Shown here in pieces: positions 36,966 to 49,018 of a DNA stretch of 64,000 nt (position 1 is its first letter; each line of letters starts with the position of its first letter). A model generated the notes under the pieces. The model worked only from the letters and a program-made list of their open reading frames with translations. It did not search any database and was not told the DNA's origin. Both the position numbers and the translations under genes were made by a program. The DNA comes from Pocillopora damicornis (lineage: Eukaryota). The DNA is taken from positions 1 to 64,000 of the forward strand of contig NW_020843367.1 of assembly GCF_003704095.1 (NCBI RefSeq). The letters run 5' to 3'.

Positions 36966-39900
36966 ATGGCGGCAACAACGAATTGTGTTGAACATTGGGG
37001 AGAACTCGATCCTCCTTTGCCAAAAACAGCCGGCCTACACGTTGAAATGACGGAGCCTAAAGCTGCAGATTACGAAATACCAAGACTGCATCAGCCATCT
37101 TCGGAACACTTCCCACCAAAAGACGAGTAAGTGAGAGAAGGTGGACTTGGTTAACAGACTTCAGTTGCTAAGCTCGGTCGATAGTTTATCGTCAATTTAA
37201 ATCAGACGATTTTAACAATGAGATAGAATTTAAAGAAAAGTGTATATCTATTTGCTTTTATGACTGATCTGTTTTATTTTATTATAGATTGCCAATGAAG
37301 TTTATGGCGTCTGTCAAACCGCCACTTGATAAACACTCACAGAACCTAACACTACACTGTATTGAACTACAGCATCACAAACGACGTATGCGCCTGATGT
37401 TAATGGCAGCCCAACATCAACATGGAGAGGGAACGGTACAATGATAGACTTATTATTATTGTGNNNNNNNNNNNNNNNNNNNNNNNNNNNNNNNNNNNNN
37501 NNNNNNNNNNNNNNNNNNNNNNNNNNNNNNNNNNNNNNNNNNNNNNNNNNNNNNNNNNNNNNNGCTGAAGCTATAGAAAACAACTCAGAAATCGCTCATG
37601 GGAAGCAAAGAATCTGATTGCTGGTCTGGAATATATTGTTGACAATTTTAAAACATGTCATGTAAAGAGTACTGCGGTCACAGAATTTACGGTCAATTGG
37701 CATTAACATTAAGTTTGCAATTGTACTTGTTTTTGAATCCCAAACCCTCAGCTATAAGCCGAACCCCATTTCTTATGAAAAATCTCCCAAACTTTTGTGT
37801 CTAATACTGAAAAAATTGCTTGGCTTATAGCTGAAGAAATATAGTAAGTCTGAGAGGTTTTCTGTCAATTCATCCAATGATAAGCAGGAAAAAAAAGCAG
37901 CTGTTTGAATTTGTTATAAGTGTCACAGTTTTTGTTAGGTAGAATGATTCACTGACAATACCCGTATGCATCATTTCTGTTGCAGCCCTCATGAACCTCA
38001 TTCTGCCCTTACATGTGCAGAGCTAGACAGTGCTTCCAACAGACATTTGTTGATGAAGTCAGTAGCTACCTTATGTGCTCTTGCAGGATTTGATAGTGAG
38101 TTTTTTATATTTGTTATCATAAATAAATATCATCATCCAATTATCTGCTTTTTCCTTTCCTTCCTGTCTTGTGCCATGTTTTGTATACCTTCCAGTCCTC
38201 ATGGGTGTTCATCACTGATCATGGCAACATACTTATAAAACATTAGTAGTGGCATTTGCCAATCACCAAGTGTGAATATTAAACATTCTTTTTAAGCCTT
38301 TTGAAGCCCTAGTTGATATCAGTTTGTTTCTTTGCCATTCCAAGATCTGATTTGGTTTTTTAATGTTGAGACCCCTCTAAATGACTCATGTGAACAGCTC
38401 ATCACCACTGCCACAATCACTACTTTAGTAATATTGTGTCAAAAAACTAACAGTGCAAATGACATGGTATCACTTCATTTAAGATACAAATTTGTTGGTT
38501 TTTCAGTGGCCAGTGAATCTTCTCTGGAAATACTAACAGACATCCTAGATGACTTTAACACCAAGCTCTGTCGTCTTTTGAGAATGAGTGTTGATAATAA
38601 TGCATTAGGTGGAAGAACAGGTTTTCCAGTAAGTCAAACGTTAGCCAGTAAGAGCAAGCTCTTATTCATGTTTGCCACAGTCTTATTTGTTTTCAAAAAA
38701 ATCAGGTTTAAAACTCAGAGGTCATTTTAGAATTTTGAGGCTAACCATCACTGTAGGCTTAATGTAAGTTATTAACCTAGAAGAATATATACATTATTTT
38801 ATTGATTATGTGTGATAAGATTATTTAAAAGTTAGCATCATCATTAACCAATGAGAATTCAAAGTAAAAAGGAATACTGCATGAAGTAGGAGAAAATGCA
38901 AGTAACAAAGTTGCATTTGGGTCTAGTTTTACGTCTGATTGGGTGAGAGGTTAGTGCAAGTCTTCTGGATCAGTCTCAGTTTGAGTAAAGTGAACAAAAC
39001 CACAGCAGTCCTTGATTACTTGCAACACCCAATTGAAAATTGATTTTTTTCACAGCAATGAAAATGCAAGGCTTCTACTATGTTAACAGAATTTCTTTTC
39101 ATAGAATTATTCGATCTGTGTATTCCACACAGGTTAACCCTTTCACTCAGACACAAGAACTGATTTTTCATTCTCTTGCTATATATACATTTTCTTGTTA
39201 AGTAGTGGGTAAAATTTGGTGTTATATCAAGAAAACATGCTCTTGCTAATATTTTTTTATTCTTGTCACCTAGTTGCCAAATCATGTACCAAAATAGTTA
39301 GGAGAAGTCACAAATCAATCACTTCTGGGAGTAAAGAGATTAAAATGTCTGGGAAAAGGAATTGAATTGGAAAAAAAATGAAAGATGGTTAAAATTACAA
39401 GTTTGAATGATCAGGGCTTTAATCATTAGAAGTTAGATTGTGGATTTCACATGGAAGTTGTCCTGATAAAATTAGGTCTGAGTTTTTCATGCCATGCTAT
39501 GTAGGATGCCATGGAGTATGCTCTGCATGAGATTGGGTTAGGTGGATGTGCTGCTATCCATAAGTACTGGGTGCAAGGAATACAGGATTATGCTGTAAAA
39601 CTAGATCAAGAGGATATGGAGATGATACAGGAATACAAGGCTTTGATTGTAAGCATCCACTGAATTTGGTACATGTTGTTAAGTATTTATCAACTAAGTT
39701 GATAATGTGAATTGGCCACTGCAAATAGTTTCAAAGCTGACATTTGGAGGGTTAGCCCTTCATCATTCACTGCTCTTACAAAGGGCTAATGCTGATACAT
39801 GAGCTTTAAATCTCTTTCTGGTGGCCAATTTATGTTATCAACTCAGTTGATAATTCTTAATTACCCTGTTTAATACTCTCCCACTTATGCAGTACCACCA

Positions 39901-41912
39901 TTTCTTTCATTCAAATGAGGTAAATTATTCATTATTCATTCAAATGAGGTAAAGGTACTTGTAGCTTATGTTCAGTATGATGGATGTATGCGCCAATATC
40001 TTTGTTGTCTTTAATTTTTCTAATTAAAGGGAGTTTATTAGCAATCCTTGACATCATTTTATCTCTCAAGTTTTCTTATCTTGCATCACTCTTAATCAAA
40101 TGTTTGATCTTAAAATTACATCTCTTGATTGTTATTCCGATTGGATGAATGATCAATTTTCCCGTAGATTATCATTTGTTTATTCAAATTTATTCTGCTA
40201 TCCCCTTTAATGGAAAAATTGCTAACCAACAGCTGAGAAAGTACAATGTTTAAAGAACCATCATACTTCTCTCTGATGGATAGTATTTTTCAGGCTCTGA
40301 ACAACCAGGGAAGAGGTTGTAATGACTACCCTTGTAAAAGCAGCATGTGCTTATCTTTTAAATGGCACATCCAACAATCATGGCTAAAAGTAAATGGAGT
40401 GTGTCGGTGAAACAGATGAAAGAAACTATTTATGTTTATCAGTCAACAATCCTTCTTTCATCTGGTTTCTCTTGCAATTTGTTGAGGTCATCTAAAGATT
40501 CAGAATGATTCAGAGTAGACATGAAGCAATTATTTAAATGTTGTTTTCCCTCTCTGAAATTATAATTGAAATAGCTACAAATTGGTTGTTCTTCAAGATA
40601 AAAATTTGATCATGATTTTTATACTGAAAAATATGAAATGAGGGTCTCAATCTTGAAGACTGGATAGTCATTTTTGCCTCATGTACACTATTAATATGAA
40701 GAATTTATAGAACTACAGTAAGCCAGGATAAAAACTCTAAGAGAACTTTGTACTTTTTCACAGGATCCATCAGCTAGGAAATCTGCAACGGTTTCTAGTG
40801 GAGGAAACTCTCAAGGATACATGTGAGTTTATTTATCATTACAGCATGTGATAGCATTGACTAGTGCTTTGGCTTCTTCACAGTTTTCCAAAAAGAGCTG
40901 GATGTCTTGTTTGGTTTAATTTTATAAAGATAACTCAAAGGAAACTAAGTCATTTTAACTTGGGGAAGAAAGCCAACTGAGTTGGCACATGCTTGTTTAA
41001 ACTGAATAAAGAAATTACAAAATAAAGTGATTTGATTGGTTTTCCTAATAGTCACATTCATGACATCTCTCTTCACCCTCAAACATTAATGGGTACCAGG
41101 AAACTTTAAGGAAAAATTGAAGACAAGGATAGCATCAAGGCATCCCATCCAGGAGAAGTGGAAACCATTTTAAATTAGTGACTTCATAGTGCAGAAACCA
41201 GGTTAAATGCTAGCAATCATGGTTCACAAGCTCTGTAAGATTTTAGCTTCTTACCCTTAAGAGAGGCTAGCATCTAATTTTTCTTTGTAGTGTCACATGC
41301 ACCCCTGAGTTAAACATTAAGGCTGAGAGAATAAAGGAAAATTTTTGAAAAATTCTCAGTGTTAGCACAATAAGAAATGTGTATAGAATGGTATAGAGAA
41401 CAGGTATACTCATGTTAGGTTGTAAAGGGTTAAACTAATTCTGACTTTTTCATTTTTCCTTTCCCTCAGAGTCAAAGATGAAGTGGAACTGAAAGGAAGT
41501 GGATTATCATGTAAAACATCTGTTGGGGTGAGTGTGCTTCAGGGCCTAAGGAGTACTGTTTCAACCCTTTAACTTCTAAGAGTGACTAGCATCTAATTTC
41601 TCCTTACAATATCGCTCCAAATTACACAATAAGGTCATGAGAATTAATGAAATGATCACCAACTAAAGAAGGTCTTGATTGTTAAACAAATTATCCTAGT
41701 CAACACCTCAGGAAATGTACAGAGAACAGTATGGACACTATACATACTGGTGCTAGGATGTAAAGGGTTAAATGACTCCCTACTTCATCAGGCTTCAAAC
41801 CTTTTATTAAAAGTTACTGTTTGTTTCCCTTTTTGATTGCTGTGTGATGTCTATTAAGAAGTCAAACACAGAACAGAAGCAAACAAGATGGTTTACAGAG
41901 AAAGAAATTTAG
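36966..41912 (+). CDS. SUPT7L: SAGA/STAGA subunit SUPT7L (STAF65-gamma); exons 36966-37126, 37288-37435, [gap], 37986-38095, 38507-38628, 39505-39648, 40764-40822, 41470-41527, 41859-41912 (last exons tentative)
   Basis: HWGELDP, RLHQPS, LTLHCIELQHHKRRMR, histone-fold LLMKSVATLCALAGFD/ASESSLEILTDILDDFNTKLCRLLR, GRTGFPDAMEYALHEIGLG match the recalled SUPT7L layout. Confidence 0.82.
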
Positions 41913-43220
41913 TTAGCCAATGAACATTTCACACAACTTGAGAAATGTTCCAGATTATGAAGCGATCCTTCCTGGCTCCTCATACCTGTACATGATCTGA
42001 GCTGTTTTGTGTCAAACGAAAAATAAATAGAATACATATAAGAAAATTGTTTGTGGAAGTCTAATCTGCTCAATACTATAAAACCAAGTCCAGTCACATC
42101 TTTTCTTTGCAAAATCTGATCATACTTAAACAGACTGTTTTCTAAACGAGATGTTGCTCTCCTATTGCAGACAGACACATCAGACCAGGGCCCAGAGTTA
42201 TCACTTTTAAGGTACTGTAGTGAAAATTTTTCCACGTCACTGCGTTAATGGAAAACAGTGTAGAAAAAGTGAGCTTTTGCTATATACCTATACTTTCACT
42301 CAACAGAACGAGCACTGTGATTGGTTGTTTCTTGGTCACGTGCAGCTGATCAAATTCAAATGTATTTCAACCGGGATACAATTGCGCAGTTGTTGCCTGC
42401 GCGCCGAATACAACAGCATGTTTTTGCCATATGATTGTTTAAGGGAAAGTCTAAATATACAACAAAGCACTTAATGTATGGTCCCACGGGAAACTAGTTA
42501 GTTTTTTTTACCACTAAGTGGACCACACATTAAGTGTATATTGTTGTATAGTGATGTTAACTCTTTAAATACTCTGGCAAAGTCAGAAAACATGTATTTA
42601 CTTTCTTAGTCCTCCCCAATCAACTCTTTAAGAATTAGAAAGCGTAGTCTTGATGAACATTTACAATATGTTATTTTTGTATTGGCCAATATTGGCCCAT
42701 ATTGGCAATGCAGACAGTTTCCATTTAACAAACCCTATTTAATGCTGATCTAGTTCCTAGCTCTGTGTTGCATGTGTCACGGGGTCTGTCTTGTGAAAAA
42801 AAGAAACATTTTTTTACATTTTTGGCACGCAATGATATCGATTTCATGTTAAGAACCATTCTTTGCTACTGAGCTGGCAGTGTAATGAATTCCTCTTATT
42901 GTTATATTGATATTACCATGAGTTGATTTATGATGTTGCGACTATAATTATAATCAGGCTATTTTAGTGTCGTTTGACTTATTTTCTTCTGTGTTTTATG
43001 TTTCAGTCCATATGGGATGGTTTCCAGTGGAACCAATACTGGTAAGAGTGACCCGCAATTTTTGTTTTTATTAGAACTGTGGAATTTTGGAACTCGAAAC
43101 ACGACTGATTCTCTTTTCAATGACCTCCTTGGGGAAACAAGGCCAAAATATTTCGAAAACAGGTAAAGGAAAGCTGTCAAACCGAGGGTGGTAATACGCA
43201 ACAAATTGGCCTTCAGAAGA

Positions 43221-43988
43221 ATGAGTTTTATTTACAATTCCTTGATAACTGCTATTGCTTTCGTTGGAGTCTTGTCTAACTTACAAATGCTCTCCAACTG
43301 CTATAAAAACAAAGCAAGTAACACATTTTTGGAGGAAAGGTGGACTGTCGTGTTCTGTCAAGCTGTTTATCAAGTCTTCGTTCTTGTCACGAACACAGTA
43401 AGCTCGTGGACACGCTTTAACGCACTTTGTGGGGAACATGATTGCGATCACTGCAATGGAATGTATACGTCAGTGGCAACCTTTATGGTGTTTTTTGTTA
43501 GTGGAAGTTTGGCTTTCTTTGCCAATGAACCTCGATCTGTACCATGTCGAAAACGAGAATTAATTCCTTCATATGCAACTAATACAACAGCAGTTTTAGC
43601 GCTGGTTTTGGCCGCTTTTGTAACGATCCGATGCCGGCTCAATCGTTTTTGCGAAGATACACTGTTTTATCTGATGGCAATCAATTTGATAACGACAGTA
43701 ACAATCGTGCTTCTATTGCATGTGGCTTTTGGGTCGTGTAAACCGCAACTTGATGCGGCTGCTCCGAAAGTGTCTTGGATAAAGTTTTGTGTGAAGAATA
43801 AGGGAACCGCATTGTTTGTAGCTTTGTTTATTGCGTGTTTCGGAGTAATGCTTTCTTTTCAAAAGGTGCTCAATCTCCTCCTTTTGAATGCTGCCGTTGG
43901 GATTGCTTTGCCTATGGCATTCAACGATTTGAACGGTTCAGGCTGTGAAACGGAAAAAGAGATCGGAGGTCTAGTAATTTCCAAGTGA
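43221..43988 (+). CDS. Intronless multi-pass membrane protein (about 6-7 TM), possibly a divergent rhodopsin-class GPCR
   Basis: 255 aa from ATG 43221 in AT-rich DNA; several hydrophobic segments; Cys before a TM3-like helix ending SGSLAFFANE; no canonical DRY or NPxxY. Confidence 0.5.
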   Translation: MSFIYNSLITAIAFVGVLSNLQMLSNCYKNKASNTFLEERWTVVFCQAVYQVFVLVTNTVSSWTRFNALCGEHDCDHCNGMYTSVATFMVFFVSGSLAFFANEPRSVPCRKRELIPSYATNTTAVLALVLAAFVTIRCRLNRFCEDTLFYLMAINLITTVTIVLLLHVAFGSCKPQLDAAAPKVSWIKFCVKNKGTALFVALFIACFGVMLSFQKVLNLLLLNAAVGIALPMAFNDLNGSGCETEKEIGGLVISK

Positions 43989-44692
43989 CGATTCTTATGT
44001 TGAAGGCATTTTATGTCGAGCAGATATTGCAAGCTACTAACTGAATTGATTTTTTTTATGAAGTTCTTCGTTGAAGTTTCCGTATTTCTGTGGTAGAATT
44101 GTATCGTTGTAAATTACTTTTCCGAAAGGAGCCCACTGAAAAAAAAACAATTATGAGGCAGGTGCCTGGATGAACTGCATGATTAATACAAAAATGTCGT
44201 GACAAGACCTGCATTTTAAATAGTTGTAATTGTTAGGGTAGCATTCTTTAATTCAAGTTAATATTTCACTTAAAAACCACGAGAGAAAACAAGGCTTCAC
44301 ATTTTGGGTTTATTTTAGTCAGCCTTACCTTTTACCTCTTCATTGTTAACTATTTCTGGCGCAGTCGGCATCAAGACAAAATTAGTATCTTGCAAAAACT
44401 TTCTGGTATTCACCTGGTAACAATAATGTTTTCGTGGACAAAACAAAAAAGCCAAAGTGGAACTTGCTAGCAATTAAAACAACCCTCTGGCTATATACCC
44501 CGTCAACCGAATAATTTCAAAGAATTTCCATCGAAAAATTCGTTCATATTTAGGAGTATCAATTGTTGTTTAGGAATATCAAGCGATTCCAAAAAATGCC
44601 TATGTCGTGTTCGTATGCTATATGCCTGTGAATTCTGATTTTGGGCTTTTTCCTTATTGCTTTTTTCTCTTTTTTATCACAGCAAAGTAGAC

Positions 44693-44906
44693 TTAAATTG
44701 GCCACCGTGAAGAGTTTCGACGCTGAAGTTTCGAGCGTTAGTCCTTCGTCAGCGAATGGCTAAGGGCTAACGCTCGAAACGTCAGCTTTGAAAATCTTTA
44801 CGGTGGCCAAGTTATGGTACCAACTCAGTTGATAATACCAAATTACCCTGTTACACTTTCCCATCGAAGTAGCACCACAGTTACTTTAGAGAATTACCCC
44901 CTTTAT
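44693..44906. mobile_element. Least CpG-decayed copy of the hammerhead palindromic element
   Basis: Minus 44722-44755: CTGACGAAGGACTAACGCTCGAAACTTCAGC; plus arm AGGGCTAACGCTCGAAACGTCAGC; same tail as the other copies. Confidence 0.7.
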
Positions 44907-45929
44907 TTGCGCGTCATTCTAGCCTATTTAGTTTTGGGAATTTAAAGGAAAATATCGGGGCTGTCCTGGTGTACCGGTACACGGGGGAATTCCTATTGTT
45001 TTCATATCCATACATGGAGTTGTGACGCAGTTCGTTAATGTTTCGTTCCTTTGTGTACCGGTACACGAGGACACAACCAAAATATCCATCGATCGTAAGT
45101 TTACCTTACTCTTTTAACATATGAAGACTGTGCACTGATCATACTGCTACGAGAAAATAGTTCTCTGAAATTATGAAGCACTTATTGTTGGCTGTTATAA
45201 GTTTTGATCAAAGCACTCCTTCTCTTATCGCGAATTCGGAGTAAAAAGGTGTTCAGATTCCGTGGAAACTGGTTCTTTTGGTAAGCTATGCTCCACCTGC
45301 TCTTGGAAACAATGTTAATCGGTTTAGTAGAAGAAAAGGTAATTGCTTTTGTTAAAAACTGATATCTGTTTATAAACTCCGTGGTAGTTATACCCTTCTT
45401 TTTCCAATCCTTTTTAGTTTTCGCTTGGGGTTGATCCCATGCATAATTCAGCATCAAGGAAGAATTCCTTTATTTTTAAGTTTAGCGCGGTTAACACCTT
45501 TTTCTTCCAAGGTGGTTTTATTGTAAACAATTTCTTCTATTTATCTTCCGCACTGAATTTACAGCCACGAGGTTTTTTCGAAGTGCACGTAGCTCGTTGG
45601 ACAGTCTCTTCCTACTCCAACTTCTGTTTTTCTTAATGTTACATGAAAGCTTTTAAACGCTGTTTTTTCCTTTAAATCGCCTATATTGTCTAATTCTAAT
45701 TTCCTCAGTAGATATATCTCGTTTCTGTTTTGCCGGATCTTAACTGAGACTGTATGAAAATTCAGATGAAAAGTCACCTTGTGAAGAGTCAACATTTTGA
45801 ACAAAAATGTTTCAAAAGCAAGATCGACTTCTCGTGATTCAACGCGATTCGTTAACTAAGTGGAGTGATGGATAAACATTGACAGCTTAGTTACTATCAC
45901 CTTTATAAACAGATGAACAGCATATTCTT

Positions 45930-46500
45930 ATCGAATTGACTCCCCCATCGTCCGAACAAATTCTTGCGATCGGGCTCTCTTATTAGAGGTCGTTACCTCC
46001 CCGATCGACAAACAAAATTGTTGCGATAGGGAGCTCTTGGCGGAGCTCGTTGCCTCCCCAATCATCCAACACTGAAACTTGTTGCAATTAGGTGCTCTTA
46101 ACAGAGTTCATTGACTCCCTGATCGACCAACAAAAATCTTGCTATCGGGAGCTCTTATCAGAGCTCGTTGACATCCGGATCGATAGACAAAGTTCTTGTG
46201 ATTGGGAGCTCTCATCAGAGCTCATTGACCCCCCGATCGACAGACAAACTTCTTGCGATCGGGAGCTCCTATCAGAGCTCATTGACTCCTAAGTTGACTG
46301 ATAAACTTCTTGTAATCGGAAGCCCTCATCAGAGCTTATTGACTCCCCCATCGTCTAAATAAATTCTTGCGATCGGGCTCTCTTATTAGAGGTCGTTACC
46401 TCCCCGATCGACACACAAAATTGTTGGTATTGAGAGCATTTGTCAAAGCTCATTGACTCCTTGATCGACCAACAAACTTTTTGCGATCGAGCTCTCTTAT
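45930..46500. repeat. ~57-60-bp degenerate tandem repeat with GAGCTC-TTATCA-GAGCTC core
   Basis: Recurrent GATCGGGAGCTC..ATCAGAGCTCATTGACTCCC; ~45936-46020 is duplicated at ~46339-46425. Confidence 0.8.
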
Positions 46501-48018
46501 CAAGTGGGTTCATGTCTTTGACGTAGACTGGAAGCCAATGGGAAAATATTTTTTGTATCCATTGAGCACAAATGAGGGTTCTTCTCAGCTGTTGCCTCGA
46601 GATGTATCTTCTAGTATCCTTTGCGCTCTGCTTTGATGAAATTTAAAAGGAGTGCCATGTTTGTGTAGCTGTCCCCAAAACTTGAACTGTGGTCACGAAC
46701 TCTGTTTCTTAGATCTGCTGAACAGGAGACAAAGATCCTTCGATGTATCGTATATAGCAGAGGGTATTTATCTTTCCTCTGTTAAGTTGTAGATACTGCC
46801 TTGTATGTGCAGAGATTTTTTTGATTATATCAGAACTTGCTTTACCTCTGAGATCCAGGCACAGAATGCTTTCTACTGCATCCCAAAAAAGCTCCCATCA
46901 AAAGCTTATGTGCTCTAACTCTGCAGATGAAAGACTTAATTTCGAGGAGCGTGATTGTGGAATAAAAGAAATAAGACTGGGTTCTGTAGAAATATCTTCT
47001 ATACCACGTTCTTGAAATTTCATGACTATTGCAACTAGAAAATTAAACGCGAAATGAAATTCTCCAAACAATTCATAACCTTTTTAAGACTCCTCAGGGT
47101 GTTTCTACTGAATTTCTTTTGCCTTTGTATATAGAGCAAGATCGACGGTAAGGTATTTTTCGAGTTAACAACGTCTGCCATTTATTCTTTTCCTTTTTTT
47201 TAATCATATTTCACAAAATCACGTTTCTTCTTAATTTCCTTAGCAACTGTTGCTGTGGTATCGGTTCACCAACCAGCCAAAATTTTCCTGGACTTAAGTT
47301 TTATCTCCCCTCGTTTTGGAACACATAATTATTGGTACTTCCAAAGCACTTCAAACCCCTTCCCCCCCCCCCCCCCCCCCCCCCCATAGCAAGTCACTGA
47401 CCCCACAACTTGTGACTACGACTGACGTAGCGATAATCTGTGGGTATCAGCCTATCAGCCTATCAGTCTATCAAACCTCTTTTGTAGGGGGTGCTACGAG
47501 GTCGACTGTTTTTGGCTTCGCATCGAATTAACATGCTAAATTGAAAATTAAAGCAGTTTTCTTCTTGATCGTGAATTTTTTTTTTGATCAAATTAATAGC
47601 AACTTGTCCAAAGTAGTTTGCAAAGTTCAATAGTAAATTTTCACGACGAGAAAAGTTCTCATTATAAAATAAGGTCGCCATGAGGAAAAGAGATGATCAA
47701 CTAACCGTTATATTTTTGGTGAATCGCTTGCAATGTGTATCATTTCCATACATATTCCCAACATATATGGAAATTTATTGCTGGATACTTATTTTTTTGT
47801 TTTAACATTATGAGACAGTACACCATGTTCTACAAATATGTTCAGAGTGCGCGTCAGGGTGCAGGCGAAAGTTGAGGGAGAGCTTTGGTACTTTTTCGTA
47901 GTAACTGAACTTCAAAACTTCCCAGTGAAAATCGATGCTCGAAAAGCTCTTGGAGAACACGAAGGCGTTGCAAAATTTATTGTCAACTATGCTATCCGCT
48001 TTCATTTATCCCACTGTA

Positions 48019-49018
48019 ATGTACCCGAAAATTTGTACTGTTTTTGTTGTTCTTTTGTTGTTATCAATAGGAGAAGGAAATAGTGATCCCACCTCACCCC
48101 AGTGGGGAATGTCATACATTAAGGTAAGAGATTAAAGTATTAAATAAATGTATCGTATTAGGAGTTTTGGTGTGTGGTATCGCTGAGTATTTTTACGAGT
48201 TGTAGGTGAAGCGTCCACGTTATGTCCATAACATGTTCCATACATAATACATCCCATAATGATACTAGGTATAACACTATTCATGTGTGGTTTACAATGT
48301 GTCCCATTGACGTTGTTCTATCATGTTAACCCCCATCTAACCTTAGAATTAACCATGTTATACCACATTAACCTTCAACTACCATAAGTTAATCATGTTA
48401 TACCACATTAACCCCCAACTACCATCAGTTAATCATGTTATACCACATTAACCCCCAGCTACCCTAAGTTAATCATGTTATACCACATTAACTCCTAACT
48501 ACCATAAGTTAATCATGTTATACCACATTAACCCCCAGCTACCCTAAGTTAATCATGTTATACCACATTAACTCCCAACTACCATAAGTCAATCATGTTA
48601 TACCACATTAATCCCCCAACTACCCTTAGTTAACCATGTTATACCACATTAACCCCCAACTACCCTAAGATAACCATGCTATACCTCATTAACCCCCCAC
48701 TACCCTTAGTTAGCCATGTTCTACCAGGTTAACCCCCATCTACCCTTAGTTAACCATTTTCTACCACATTAACCCACACGACGCCGAACTAAACAGGGTC
48801 TTGATTGTTGAGCAAATTCTCCTTTTCACTACCTTACAAAATGGATAGAAAACAGTATGGAGAATACACATACTGATCTTAGGGTGTAAAGGGTTAAAAG
48901 GAAGACTCTTGCTAGTTACATTAATACATATTGTTTTGTTTTCTTACAGACTGAAGGTGAAGAAGATGAGTCATACGAGGACCCAATGAATGTTGTTCCG
49001 AAAACGCCACAGTCATAG
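48019..49018 (+). CDS. Putative 57-aa secreted acidic peptide (exons 48019-48123, 48950-49018), possibly frameshifted
   Basis: Signal-peptide-like MYPKICTVFVVLLLLSIGEG, strong AAG|GTAAG donor and TTTTCTTACAG acceptor, acidic TEGEEDESYEDP. Confidence 0.4.
48325..48775. repeat. 39-bp minisatellite, about 11 copies (TTAACCCCCAACTACCATAAGTTAATCATGTTATACCACA-like)
   Basis: Directly visible tandem periodicity. Confidence 0.9.

Noticed and set aside
48325-48775. CRISPR-like periodic array
   Set aside because: Units are contiguous with no unique spacers and there are no cas genes; this is a eukaryotic minisatellite.
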